Source of the DNA: Camelus ferus
Taxonomy: Eukaryota
Assembly: GCF_009834535.1 (NCBI RefSeq)
Contig: NC_045707.1
Location: forward strand, 3,720,001 to 3,784,000
Reading direction: 5' to 3'
Length of the DNA: 64,000 nucleotides
This document shows, in pieces, positions 13,001-24,238 of the stretch; position 1 is the first letter of the stretch, and every line of letters starts with the position of its first letter. The position numbers and the translations under genes are program-made. Under the pieces are notes generated by a model that had not been told where the DNA came from, did not search any database, and saw nothing but the letters and a program-made list of their open reading frames with translations.

Positions 13001-16000
13001 TGGCCACCGGCCCTGCCCTGGCTCACCCGGAGTCCACACCCAAGTCCCTGCACCCCTGGTATGGCATCACCCCGACCAGCAGCCCAAAGACAAAGAAGCG
13101 CCCGGCCCCCCGAGCACCCAGTGCGTCCCCCCTCGGTGAGTGCCTTTCCTGGAAGCTCTCCAACAGTTGGGACTCTGGGGTTGGGCATCTGATCAGCCCA
13201 GGGCCGAGGAAGGGCCTGTGGTTTAGAGGGATCCGCTCCAGGCCAGGTGCCATATGTGTCCTCAACTAATCCTACAGCAAACCTGTGAGGTGGGTATCAT
13301 ACCCCATTTGACAGGTGAGGCAACTGAGGCACAGAAAGGGTGATTTGCCCAAAGCCTCACAGCGATTAAGCAGTGGAGGCAGAATTTGAACCCAGGGTCC
13401 AGACTCCAGGCTCTTAACTTTCCATAACCCACCTCACAGGACTATTGTGAGAATTAAATGTGTTATCCACTGAAGTGCTCAGCACAGTATCGGGTCTCGG
13501 GAGGCATGCGGCAAGAGTTAGCTCCAAACTGGCCCATGTAGTCATTATCCTGCAGTCACCAGGCAGCTCGGGCTCTGACCTGGATGCATGACATGGCACT
13601 AGTGACTTTGAGCACTTCCTCCTCTGTGTCTGTCTTCAGTCTCCCCATCTGGAAAATGGGGGTGATGGGCCAGCTGCAGGGCGCTGTGTCTCCCTCCGCC
13701 CAGCACTTCCTCTCACCATCTTGCAGTCTCCTTGGGCCCTGTGCCTGGTCACCTTCTACCACAGCTGGGGTCCGGCTGCCTCCAAGACCTCTGGGGGAGC
13801 CCCTCAGACAGTGGGGTTGACAGCATGTGGGAGGTGACCAGAGGCAGGAGCTCAGGTGGTCCAGGCTCCCTGCTCGGGCCCCTGCTGGCACCCTGGGACC
13901 CTCCCGCTGAGTGTGCTTGGCCCAGTGGAGGTGGTGGGCGAGCGAGGGATGCAGCCGATGGGATGAGCTCTTGAGTCAGACACAGCTGGGTCCAGTCCCA
14001 GCCCTTGTCTTCTCTGAGTCTGTTGCCTCATTTGGAAAGTGCAGATGATACCTTGACACATGGTTTATCCATCATCTGCCTGAGGATGACGGTGGCACAG
14101 GGCAGTGCCTGGCCGCGAGCTGGCCACTGCGAGGGTTGCCCACTCCTCCCTCTCAGGTCGGAGGCAGAGGAGAGGGCAGACAGAAGCGAGGCTTTTTGCC
14201 TTTTCAGTTTGGCTTTGCTTTGGGTCAGACTGGACGTGGGAGGGGAAGTGGAGGCCGCAGCCATGCCGGATGAGGAAAGAAACCCAGGGCTATGGACATG
14301 TCCCGAGGTGGCCCATCAGAGCCTGAGGAACGTGGGATAAATTTGGATGATTTGTCTGCCAGTGACCTTGGTCCTACCATGTACTTGCTGTTCTCTGGGC
14401 TTTTGCTTTTCTGAATGTGGAGGATGTGGGTTTCCAGGGCCACCTGCAGCTCTGTCGAGAGTAGAGCACATTAGGCGAGGCTGGAAGCCCTGCCCCTGCC
14501 CCTCACATGGCACCCACTCACACGTTCATTTCCGCAGCTCTCCACGCCTCCCGCCTGTCACACTCGGAGCCACCCTCAGCCACCCCGTCGCCAGCCCTCA
14601 GCGTGGAGAGCCTGTCGTCCGAGGGCTCCAGCCAGCCCCCCAGTGGGGAGCTTCTAGAGCCACCAGTTGTGCCCAAGAGCTCCTCAGAGCCTGCTGTCCA
14701 TGCCCCTGGCACCCCTGGGACCTCTGCCAGCCTCTCCACCAACTCCTCCCTGTCTTCCTCTGGGGAGCTGGTGCAACCCAGCGTGGACCGGACACCTCAA
14801 GCCAGCCCTGGCCTTGCCCCCAGTACTGGGGGCAGCCCAGGTCCCCTGCCAGTCAAGCCCTGCAGGGGCGCTGCCCCCACCCCTCTCCTGCTGGTTGGAG
14901 ACAAGAGCCCTGCACCTTCCCCTGGAACCTTGTCCCCGCAGCTCCAGGTAAAGGTGAGTGCCTTACCCTTGTTCAAAGCTGCTGTCCTGTCCAGTGGATG
15001 TGGGCCTGGTCTCAGGGCAGGAGTGTCCAGGGCCTTCCATCTTTGCTGGCCCTAGCTTCTTGGGTGACCTTGGCTGTGGCCAGCTACCCGTTCCCCACTC
15101 CATTCACTGAGGTCCAGCTCCGTCTCTCTATCCTGCCATCCATTGGCCAGACCTCCTATCCATCTGTTCCCCTGTCTACCTGTCTGGCCCTCCGCGTATT
15201 GAGGCCCTAGCTATTATTTACCTGCTGTGTCCAGGCACTTGCCCGTTCGGGGAGTGTCCACCAGCCACTGTTCATCACACATCCTTCTGTCCACCCTTCC
15301 ATTCACTGAGGCCCTGTGTGTGCCAGACCCTGGCAGGATGGCATTGAGACCCTGTCCTTGCCCTTTAGGAACTCACGTTCTGCTCAGAGAGAGAGGCCCA
15401 GCTGAGTTCTACAAGGTCCCCTGGGGTAGAGCACAGAGAGGAGGGGATGACTACCTTCTCGGGGTCATTTTCCTTCTCCAGAGACCTCAGTCTCCCCTCC
15501 TGTAGAACGGGGCAGTTGGTGTTCATTGAGTGCCTCCTGTGCGCACTGGGCTGGCCTGGGCTCCGGAGGTGATGTGGCTGTGGTGGTCCCTGCCCCTCAG
15601 CTGCTCACAGTCAGGTCGGGGTGGGCTACTGAAATGACTACACTGCTATGTGCAGAGTTTGTAGTGAGGGGTGGTCAGCCCTCCATAGGAAGTGGAGTGA
15701 TTTACTGAGTGCTTGTTGTGTGCAGCTCCTGGGCTGCAGACAGACCCTGCTCTGGGCTCCCCTCTCCAGGCCCCCTCCCAGGCTCGCCCCGGGCTCCGTC
15801 TCCTCTCTGGGCTGAGTAGGCACGTGGAGGGTCTGCTGGGCACCCATCCCTGGGAGCTCATTTTCCAGATGACCTTTGTGGGCTGGGGGAGCACTTGTTT
15901 CTCAGTCCCACCTCAAGAATAGGGCATCACAGGGGTCAGGATATTCTTCTGGGCACCTGGTTCACAAGGGGACCTCTCCTGCAGCCGTGGCCTCTTTGTG

Positions 16001-19000
16001 CCACTAGGTTCTGATCCTCCACCCTCTGTGCCCTGCAGCCCTCTGAGGGCCCAAGACTCGTCCAGCCCCAGGTGGAGGGTGGCAGGACAGCTCACGTGGG
16101 CTGGCTGTGGTCCTGGTCTGACCGACCTGACAGAGGATGAGTCTGCGGAGGGGCCTGAGCTGTTGGCCCAGCCTCCACTTGTGTTCCTCTTGAAGGTTAT
16201 TTAGCCTCCCCTGGCCCAGGCCACAGCCTCCTGTCCAGGTCGGCCACCCACCTGCTGTGTGACTTGGAGAAGGCCCCATCCCTTCTCTGGTTCTCTCTGC
16301 TCTGAGGAGTCCCAGGGTTCCTTGGTGTGGGAGGTGGGGGAGGGAGTGGATTTTGGATGCCTCTCCCCTCCCCCCTACAGGCAGCTCCCTTTAAACATCT
16401 GTCTCCTGTCCTGGGGTCTGTGAAAGGTTGGTTTGAAGGAGTTCTGTGGCTGAGAAAAGGCTGAGAACCCTTGAGGGGCTGGAGGCCTTCGGGCTGTTTG
16501 GCCCTGCTGGGCCCCTCTGGGTGTAATTGAGCAGGGTGGGGGCAGACCTCACATGGGCTTCCTTCTTGGGGTGCCCCAACCCTAATCCCAGGATTCAGAG
16601 AGAATCCCAGAGGCAGCGGGGCAGGAGACAGGGGCCTTGGGCAGGTCTGTCTCCCTATGGTGCCTGGATTCTGGCCTGGCACTTTCCTTGCTTCAGATCC
16701 CAGAACACCTTCCAACCTGCAAGAATCTCTCCCAGGGCTGGCACAGGTGAGGTGAGCAGGGCTCCTCCCTCCTCCCCGCAGTTGTTGGAGAGCTGGGTGA
16801 TCACTCCTGGGAGGACTCCATGGCCTCAGGTGATGCCTTTGTTTCCGATGAGCTGGGACAAGTGGTTGGAAAATGTTGGCACTGCCTGTGTGGCAGGCGG
16901 GGCCTGTCCCAGGGCTGGGCCTGCCCGGCTGTGCTGGCCTCAAAGAGGACAGGGATCTCCCTAGGGGGCAGCAGAGGATGTGAGTCTTTCCTGGGCAGGG
17001 CAGGAGCTACCTTCCTCCTCCCTCTTCCGGCTAGTGGAAGGAGGGATCCCTGCTTTTGCACTTCCTGGCTGGGCGGCCCTACGCAAGGGGCTTCACCCCT
17101 CTGAGCCCTGGAATCCCTGCTGGGAAAAGGGAGATTGTGAGGCCTGAATGAGCTACTACAGCTCTGTCTGACCCTAAACTCCATGTCCTGACCACTGCCC
17201 CCAGCCCCACCCTGAAACAGTCTCATCCCAGCTTGGGCCCCTGGGAGGAGCGTGACCTTGAGCGATTTACTTAACCTCTCTGAACTTGAGTTTACACAGC
17301 GGTGAAGTGGGCTTCACACTACCCACTTTATGAAGTGGTTGTGAGGCTCGAACAGTATCTGGTGTAGAAAAGTATCTGGTGCAGCAGGTGCACAAGGGAG
17401 GCGCTGGGAAATGGACGTGTTTGTTGGATGGCTGAGTGCCTCAGAGACCAGATGCTGGGAGGTTCCCTCTCTGCCCGGACCCTCCTTCCCCGGGGACAGG
17501 TCTGCTTGCCGTAGTCCCAGGTGATCAGGCTGCCAGGGTCTTCCTGCCCCCAGCCCCGACTTACCTTCTGTCATGTCTTCCTGCCTTTAGTCTTCCTGTA
17601 AGGAGAATCCTTTTAACCGGAAGGCATCACCCACAGCGTCCCCAACCATAAAGAAGGCCACCAAGGGCTCGAAGCCAGCGAGACCGCCTGCCCCAGGACA
17701 CGGCTTCCCACTCATCAAACGCAAGGTACGGCTGGGAACCCCGGACACCTGGCTGCCTGAGCCTGGGCCTCCTCCCTTGGCCGACTCAGGCTTCCCATGG
17801 GACTCTGTGACAGGATGGGCTGTCTGGGCAGCTACCCTCAGGTGCTGGAGGAAGGAGATGCTTGTGAGGCCCAGCTGGGAGATGTAACTTGCAGCCAGGG
17901 GGATTTTGAGCAGATCAGCTGCTCTCAGCCGAAAGCAACGGGTGATGCATTTAGCTTGTTACTAATAATAGTTCAAGGATCAAAGTGTTCACATGACATA
18001 CTTCTACTTAACCGGCTTAGAGTATTCTCAATTTCTCTCTCTAATAGGGTCATTCTCTTACTTTGTCATATCTTTTCTGAAGTGGCAGAAGAGGGGGAGG
18101 AAGTTGCCACAAGAGGCAGGAAGTTGTGTCTCTGGGTGTGCCTGCTGGCACTAGGACCAAGCCCTATCTCTGCACCCACCCCTCCCCACACTGGGATCTT
18201 GGTATCTGGCCACACGGGTGTGGGACAGAGCTGGGGCCTGGGCCTGTGGTGGCCAGTGCTGGCTGGAGAGAAGAGGCAAGCTTCTGGCAGCAGGCACGTG
18301 GGAGGGCAGGCTGTGTCCTTCAGGTGACTTGGTGCTGTCGGGCAGGTCCAGGCCGACCAGTACATCCCCGAGGAGGACATCCACGGAGAGATGGACACCA
18401 TCGAGCGCCAGCTGGATGCCCTGGAACACCGTGGGGTCATGCTGGAGGAGAAGCTGCGTGGGGGAGTGAACGGTGTGGGAGCTGTAGGGGGCCTGTGGGT
18501 GGGACTTAGATGGGTGGGGGGAGCCTCTCTCCCTGTGTAGGAGCCGCCATGGTTCCTTTGAAGGGAGAAACTGCCTCCAGCCCTGGTCTCAGTGGGCATC
18601 TGGCTTCCAGAGGGCCGTGAGGATGACTTGCTGGTGGACTGGTTCAAGCTCATCCACGAGAAGCATCTGCTGGTCCGGCGGGAGTCCGAGCTCATCTATG
18701 TGTGAGTCCTTCCTCCCCTTGGCCCCTGGCTCCCCTCCCCAGAATCTTTGGAGCTTAGGACTGACTGAGAATCTGCACCTTCTTCCCTCATCGCGAGAGC
18801 TCAGGGCAGGCGATTTGGGCAGACCTAATAACTGCCTTATTCTCATGCTCTAGCTTCAAGCAGCAGAACCTGGAGCAGCGCCAGGCCGATGTGGAGTATG
18901 AGCTCCGGTGCCTCCTCAACAAGCCAGGTGAGTGCGGTCACACCCACACCCCTGACACCCGCCCTGGGGCCCGGTGACATGGAAGAGTGGGCCAGGTTCT

Positions 19001-22000
19001 TCCCCTGCGGGCTGGGAAGTGGGCAGACAGGGCCCTGATGGGGGTGCGCAGGCAGGCTCTGGGAACAGGCCAGAGGACAGGGCCAGGAGGTGCTGTCTGG
19101 GTTCTAACAGGTGATAAATAGGCTCGAACCATGACAGGAGAGGGAACAGCATGGCTAGTGTGAGGGTATGATGTGTGGTGTGGGATGACAGGCCTGCTGG
19201 GAGCACCACGCCCAGGAGCAGACTGGCCTGTTTGGGCCACGGACTCTCTGAGATGTGTGGCTGGGCAGCACCCCAGCGGGGAGGGGTCAGGCTCCAGGGC
19301 CCAGGGCTGCCCCGATGATCGAGGGAGGGCAGGTGCTTCTCCAGGGGCAGCTCTGAGCTCATGGCCATTAGGCCAGAGGACAGCAGGACTGCTGGTGGGA
19401 GGAGGAGTGGTAGAAAGGCCCCCACAGTGTGGCTCAGAGTAACTCTGGAAGGGAGGGATGGGATGTGCTCAGAATGGGGGGGGGGAGCAGCAGGAGGGCC
19501 TGGGTGGGGAGTCAGACAGTCCTGGGTCTTGCCGCTAACTTGCTAGGTGACCTGGGGCAGCTTTCTTAGCCCCTCTGAACTTCATGTGTAAGACAGGGAT
19601 GAAGGGTACCCACCTCATAGGGTATTCTTAGGCCCAGGAGACAGTGGATGTGGAAAGGCTCTGTGCCCTCTGAGGGGCTGATGGCTGATAGTTATTATGT
19701 GGCTGAATTGGGGTCTGGGACCAGGATGTGGAGTGAGCCGACAGACAGCTGGAGTAGGGAGTGTCCAGCGGCGGAAGACAAGGCCTTTGACCACTTCCTG
19801 TGGCCCAGGTAGTAGGCATTCACGTTCCCATCTGACAGATGAGGAAATGGAGAGCCAGCGAGGCTGAGAGTCTTGCCCATTGGTGACAGAGCTGGGCTTC
19901 TATACACGTTTCTGACCTGGGCCTGTCCCTGCACATAGCCTCTCCTGCCTGCTGAGACAGTGGCCTTGATTTTCTACTGAGTGGGGAGCTTGGGAGGCTG
20001 GATGAGACCCAGAGGCAGGAGTGTCCCTAGGGAGGTCACAGAATGTCCCAGCCCAGCCCTACCATCTATGAGTCACTCCCATCTCCATAGGCTGGGGCAT
20101 GGCTGTCACTCAGAGGGAGCCGCAGCGACACCTTGTGGCCAGGGTGTGCGCAGCACCTCTGTACCCCAGGCCAGCCTGGTCCTGGGCTTTTTGTGTTGCT
20201 TCTCCAGCCCTCTGTGTGGTGGACTGGAGTTTGTCATCCTGTCCCAGATGCTGCCTTTGGAGGGTGAGATGGTTTATAAGGCCCCAGGTGGGCTGGAGAC
20301 CCACAGGTCACCATAAGGGCTGTAGCTTGGGGGTGTCAGGCTGCCTGGGTTCTACCCTTGCTGTGTTTTATTTATTATTATTTTAAAATTTTATTTATTT
20401 ATTTTTATTGCAGTACAGTCAATTACAATATGTCAATTTCTGGTGTACAGCACAATGTCCCAGTCATGCATATACATACATATATTCATTTTCATATTTA
20501 CTCTTGCTGTGTGATTCTGGTCAAGGACTTAACTTCCTCAAGCCTCAGTTTTCCCACATGTAGGTTGGGACGTAACTTACCCAGGCCCTAGATTTGGGAA
20601 GTAGCAAAGTAGGATGTGAACTGAGGTGGTGACGCTGAAACCCATGTCATCCCCAGAATTCTGCTGGGCCAACTGCTCCAGAGTTTGGGCAAATTGAGGC
20701 GGTAGGGGGCTGGGTCATGGCTCAGGGGTCTCAGGATGCTTATTTTGAGATGAGGCGGCCTGTGGTGGCAGATGTTGGAGGGAAGGTCAAGTGTGGGCAT
20801 CCATTCCTGGGGAGTCTGTGGGCTGGGTGAGAGGATTACCAAGCTGCAGGTGCCGGGCCTTGGAGGGTGGTCCTATGGGATGGCTCGGGCTCTTGAGGGT
20901 TCTTGAGAGGAGGCTGGAGGGGCAGCAAGTGTATGAGACATCAGGAACACCTCCTGGCTAGGCTTCCTGTCCACAGGGTCCCCTCTAGTCTGCCTTCCTT
21001 CATGGCATTATATGAATGCCCCAGTATGCCACTTGGGTCATGTTGTTTCTCCTGCATGAGGACCCCTGGGTTTCCCTGTTATCTCCCACCCTGCCCCACT
21101 CTGGCCAGCCCACCATTGGAGGCTCTCAGCAGGCCCAGCCTGAATCCTGCCTCCCCCAAGAAACCACCTAGTGAGCATTTGTTGAATGAATGAATGAACA
21201 TAAGCAGGAAACTCTTTGGCACTTGCTGGTCTCCGTTAGAACACGTGTGTGCCGGCCTTCCCAGAGCTCCCTTGCAGAGTTTTTTCGGTAGGCAGGCTGG
21301 GATCCTTGATCTCTTCTACGACAGCCTTCATTTCTCCTTACAATCCCCACCCATCTGGGGCCTCCTCCCTGTCCCCGTGGTGTCTAGTGTAGGGCTGGTC
21401 CTGGCCACCCTTAGCCCTTAGGTGTTGGTTCCTTGCTTCCTGGAACTCATGTCCCCCAACTCTCCCCTTGGGCAGAAAAGGATTGGACAGAGGAGGACCG
21501 GGGCCGAGAGAAGGTGCTGATGCAGGAGCTCGTGACCCTCATCGAGCAGCGCAACGCCATCGTCAACTGCCTAGATGAGGACCGGCAGAGGTGACATGAT
21601 CGGGGGAGGGGTTCCCCAGGGCTGCCTTTGGGGCAGAGTCCAGAGCAGGCAGGCCAGCTCTGCCCTCACTGCCAGCCGTCCCAGTGTGCCCTTGCTCACC
21701 CTGTGTGGACTCCATGTCTGGAGGGGACTGAGAGATGATCTGGTCCTTCCTCCTGTGGGACACTCAGCTTCCCTTTCTCACCTCAGGGAGGAAGAGGAAG
21801 ATAAGATGTTAGAAGCCATGATCAAGAAGAAAGGTGAGGCCCCTCCTGGGGCCCTGGCCCACTTAACTCCTGGAGGGTGGGGGGCAGTTTGAACAAAGGG
21901 TTGGAGCGGGTGCTACAGGGACAGTGTGTGCAAACTCCTAGCCTCTGTTTTGCCGCGAAGGCCAGGTGTAGGAAGGCCAGCCAGCCTACAGCCAGGAGGG

Positions 22001-22988
22001 TGGGTGTGGGATGCCCTGGTACCCAAGGGGAGGATGGCGGCATATGGGAGCATTTTCCCAGGGTGCATCTACCTTACACCCTGCATTCCTCCTTGAGATC
22101 TACAGCTGGCTTAGGAGGGGTCTGTGGGCTCAAAGAGCAATCCCTCCTGCAGATAAGATACTGCCTAAAATGGTTAAAAGAGCCCTGGACTGAGAGGCAG
22201 GAGATCTGGGCCTAATCTTGGTTCCACCAGTGACTCATGTTGTGGCCTGTGGTTAAGTCTAGGCTCCAGCTAGACTGGATTCCAGTCCCAGCTTTGGTGC
22301 TTCCCAGATGGATGGTTTTGAGCCGGCCACCTCACCCCTTTATGCTTCCTCTCCTCATCTGCAGACCTGGGTGACAGAGGCACCCACCTCCCGGGCGTGT
22401 GCTGAGGATGACTCAGATAACGCATAGAAAGCCCTTAGCCCGGGGCCTGACACCTCCAAAGAGCTAGGATGGTGTTAGTCCATTTCAAAACCCACATTTT
22501 CCTCAACTGTAATAAGTTGGGGCTGGGACGGATGATTTTCTGAGGTTTTCTCCAGCTCTGACTGTCAGCGTCTGTGTTGTAATGCGCAGAGCTGTGGGCA
22601 CCAGCCTGGGGGAACTGAACCTTTTAAAGATGGACGTACGCCAGGCTGGGGGGCTCCCATGTTGCTTTCATGTGTGCTCGTCTCCCAATCCTGCCTAAAC
22701 ACTGGGGAGGGTATGTCGCATTTTAGACACGAAGAACCAGAGGCTCAGAAGGGTGCAGGGACGTGCCCATGGTTCCAGGCAAGGTAGTGGCGGAGGTGGG
22801 CCAGCACTCCTGGCCATTGCCCCCACCCCCGGCCTGCCCTGATGGACTCCTGTATCCCTTTTGCAGAGTTCCAGAAAGAGGTTGAACCCGAGGGCAAGAA
22901 GAAGGGCAAGTTCAAGACCATGAAGGTGCTGAAGCTGCTGGGAAACAAGCGGGACCCCAAGAGCAAGTCCCCTGGGGACAAGAGCTGA
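744..22988 (+). CDS. MICALL1: MICAL-like protein 1 (CH domain, LIM domain, Pro-rich region with NPF motifs, C-terminal bMERB/Rab-binding coiled coil); 16 coding exons
   Basis: Exons 2-16 translate to recognisable MICAL-L1 peptides with GT-AG junctions: 5193-5241, 5692-5833, 7829-7917, 9039-9182, 10348-10793, 12058-12115, 12758-13135, 14538-14953, 17591-17725, 18346-18472, 18611-18701, 18854-18927, 21476-21590, 21787-21833, 22867-22988 (TGA). Exon 1 with the ATG lies in N-run 744-907. Exons 5 and 8 each carry a +1 frameshift as assembled. Confidence 0.97.
1693..1762. repeat. (ATTC)n/(ACTC) tetranucleotide repeat
   Basis: Directly visible; probably an expanded L2 tail. Confidence 0.9.
5193..5241 (+). 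CDS. MICALL1: MICALL1 exon 2 ([18 protein letters not shown] domain)
   Basis: ttgcag|AGATTTT...CGTTTG|gtaagt; 49 nt. Confidence 0.95.
5692..5833 (+). CDS. MICALL1: MICALL1 exon 3 ([17 protein letters not shown]...[10 protein letters not shown])
   Basis: ccccag|GCC...CAAG|gtgag; 142 nt; CH domain end. Confidence 0.96.
6890..7020 (-). mobile_element. tRNA-Ala-derived camelid SINE (Vic-1-like) with target-site duplication
   Basis: Minus strand GGGGAGGGTATGGCTTAGTTGTAGAGCACATGCTTAGCATGCACAAGGTCCTGGGTTCAATCCCCAGCACCTCC + A-rich tail; flanking direct repeat ATTATTACTTTTTT at 6876-6889 and 7021-7034. Confidence 0.88.
7829..7917 (+). CDS. MICALL1: MICALL1 exon 4
   Basis: ttggtag|CTGGTGTC...GCTCAG|gtaggc; [30 protein letters not shown]. 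Confidence 0.92.
9039..9182 (+). CDS. MICALL1: MICALL1 exon 5 (LIM domain N-half; +1 frameshift as assembled)
   Basis: [13 protein letters not shown] in one frame, [32 protein letters not shown] in another; 144 nt where the splice phases need 143. Confidence 0.93.
9668..9689. repeat. (GT)n microsatellite
   Basis: Directly visible, about 10 units. Confidence 0.85.
9780..10020. mobile_element. hAT-Charlie-like MER remnant
   Basis: Ends in GGTTGAAAACCACT, a Charlie-type terminus; family not resolved. Confidence 0.4.
10348..10793 (+). CDS. MICALL1: MICALL1 exon 6 (LIM C-half, Pro-rich)
   Basis: ttggcag|G TGT CGA CGG TGC...AAC G|gtgag; [13 protein letters not shown]...FVCAEHC. Confidence 0.95.
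12058..12115 (+). CDS. MICALL1: MICALL1 exon 7
   Basis: catctag|GGAGG...GAGAG|gtatg; [18 protein letters not shown]. Confidence 0.92.
12758..13135 (+). CDS. MICALL1: MICALL1 exon 8 (first NPF motif; +1 frameshift as assembled)
   Basis: [21 protein letters not shown] in one frame, [15 protein letters not shown]...[25 protein letters not shown] in the next; 378 nt is 1 nt too long for the splice phases. Confidence 0.93.
13265..13530. mobile_element. MIR SINE fragments (example of many MIRs in the window, e.g. ~2400, 4720, 8180, 19550, 36130, 49620, 62110)
   Basis: CCCCATTTGACAGGTGAGGCAACTGAGGCACAGA...GCAGAATTTGAACCCAGG is MIR core-like. Confidence 0.8.
14538..14953 (+). CDS. MICALL1: MICALL1 exon 9
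   Basis: ccgcag|CTCTCCAC...GTAAAG|gtgagt; [18 protein letters not shown]...SPQLQVK. Confidence 0.94.
17591..17725 (+). CDS. MICALL1: MICALL1 exon 10 (second NPF)
   Basis: ctttag|TCT...AAG|gtacgg; [11 protein letters not shown]...HGFPLIKRK. Confidence 0.95.
18346..18472 (+). CDS. MICALL1: MICALL1 exon 11 (bMERB start)
   Basis: [42 protein letters not shown]; donor gtgtgg. Confidence 0.93.
18611..18701 (+). CDS. MICALL1: MICALL1 exon 12
   Basis: [29 protein letters not shown]. Confidence 0.95.
18854..18927 (+). CDS. MICALL1: MICALL1 exon 13
   Basis: [24 protein letters not shown]. Confidence 0.95.
20367..20499 (-). mobile_element. 5'-truncated L1 3' end nested in a MIR
   Basis: TTTTATTGCAGTACAGTC...AATTTCTGGTGTACAGCA... 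is typical L1 3' UTR antisense; 13-bp near-perfect TSD 20354-20366 / 20500-20512. Confidence 0.7.
21476..21590 (+). CDS. MICALL1: MICALL1 exon 14
   Basis: [37 protein letters not shown]. Confidence 0.95.
21787..21833 (+). CDS. MICALL1: MICALL1 exon 15
   Basis: [15 protein letters not shown]. Confidence 0.95.
22867..22988 (+). CDS. MICALL1: MICALL1 exon 16, coding part with stop
   Basis: [43 protein letters not shown] (22986-22988). Confidence 0.96.
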
Positions 22989-24232
22989 CAGCGTGCCGCC
23001 AGCTGGGGGCCCCACCCCTCCTGGCTTGGCCCTGGGCTGTGCTCTGCTGGGAGCACCCCGCTGCCTTCAGGATCAGCTGAGAGGAAAGATGACTTAAGGG
23101 AAGGGGGCTTCTTGGTGACAGCCTCTCCCTCCTCAGGGTCCTCTGCCTGGTCTGGGCCAAAGAGTTTTCTTCCCTCTCCTCTGAGCCCCAGGTGGCTTCA
23201 GTTGCGCCCAGCCTGGTTCTGATGACTCCCGATGCTGTGACCGTCCCCAGGAGCAAGCCGGATCCGGGTCCGGGTCTGGGTTTGGGTCTGGGAGCGGCAG
23301 CCGCTGAGCACACCCGCCCCTCGTCCCGCTCAGCCTCTGCCGAGCCGGGCAGCTCCTTGGACCCTCTTCTCTCTGTGCCGCACCCAGATGGGAGCCTTAC
23401 CTGTCAGAGTCTTTGGGTCTGTCTTTTGGGCCGATGGTAGCCCTCCGGCTTGGGTGTCTTGCCTCATGGGCTCTCCCCTCTCTGCAGGCCGGCGAGCAGG
23501 GCTCGGCTGCACTGGCTTCTTTCCGCCCTGGTCCTGGTTCTGAAACTTCCTTTCAGTGCGGGCGGCCCTGACTCTGTTTCTCCTCACTCAGGAGCTCTAT
23601 TTATGAAGTCTCTTAATTAAGTTGGAGGTAGTTACTGTGTCCTCAGATGCGAATGGGCCTGATGGACAAATCCCTTTCTCTGTTCCTGGAAGTTCTAGGA
23701 GGTTCTTCCCTCATCTCCCCTTGTTCTGCAGGAAATCTCACTTCCCAGGACGTGGGGGCCGTGCTGGGGTGGGTGGGTACCTGGATGCTGAGTCCCCCAG
23801 GATGGGCCTTGGGGAGTTCTGATCCCTGACCCTCAGCCAGATCAGCAGCAGGGGTGTGCTGCCCGTAGGTGCTAATCCTGGTCCTGTACCACACGGTAGC
23901 CTGGCCCTCCTGTCCGCCCTTCCCCGCCACCTCAGGGCTGGGGCATGGTGCACCCACTCTGGGTGGTCACTGCTAGCGTGTCTCCTCATGTTCGTCTGTT
24001 GTCCGTTCTCTCCCACCGAAGGACTGATGGCTGCTCACTCCTTGGGATGGCTGTGGGAGAGGAGCCGCGGATGGGGACCACCACCGTACCCCCGGGAATG
24101 TGCCCAGCAGCTCTTGGTCAAAGCACTGTTGCTCTAAGCTATGTCTGGGGTGTGTCTAGGGCCCCTTGCCCTCAGCACACCTCTTGGGGAAAGATCGCAC
24201 TGTATTAACTTGAGAGGGTTTTCCTCACTGAC

Positions 24233-24238
24233 AATAAA
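24233..24238 (+). terminator. MICALL1: Candidate proximal polyadenylation signal of MICALL1
   Basis: AATAAA in the 3' UTR; usage not verifiable from sequence. Confidence 0.45.

Noticed and set aside
14347-15210. 287-aa plus-strand ORF overlapping MICALL1 exon 9 in another frame
   Set aside because: Starts and ends in introns; a shadow of the GC-rich exon with no independent support.
744-22988. Calling MICALL1 a pseudogene
   Set aside because: All splice sites, phases and remaining codons are conserved, and both frameshifts sit at error-prone GC-rich micro-repeats; an assembly error is more parsimonious pending read checks.
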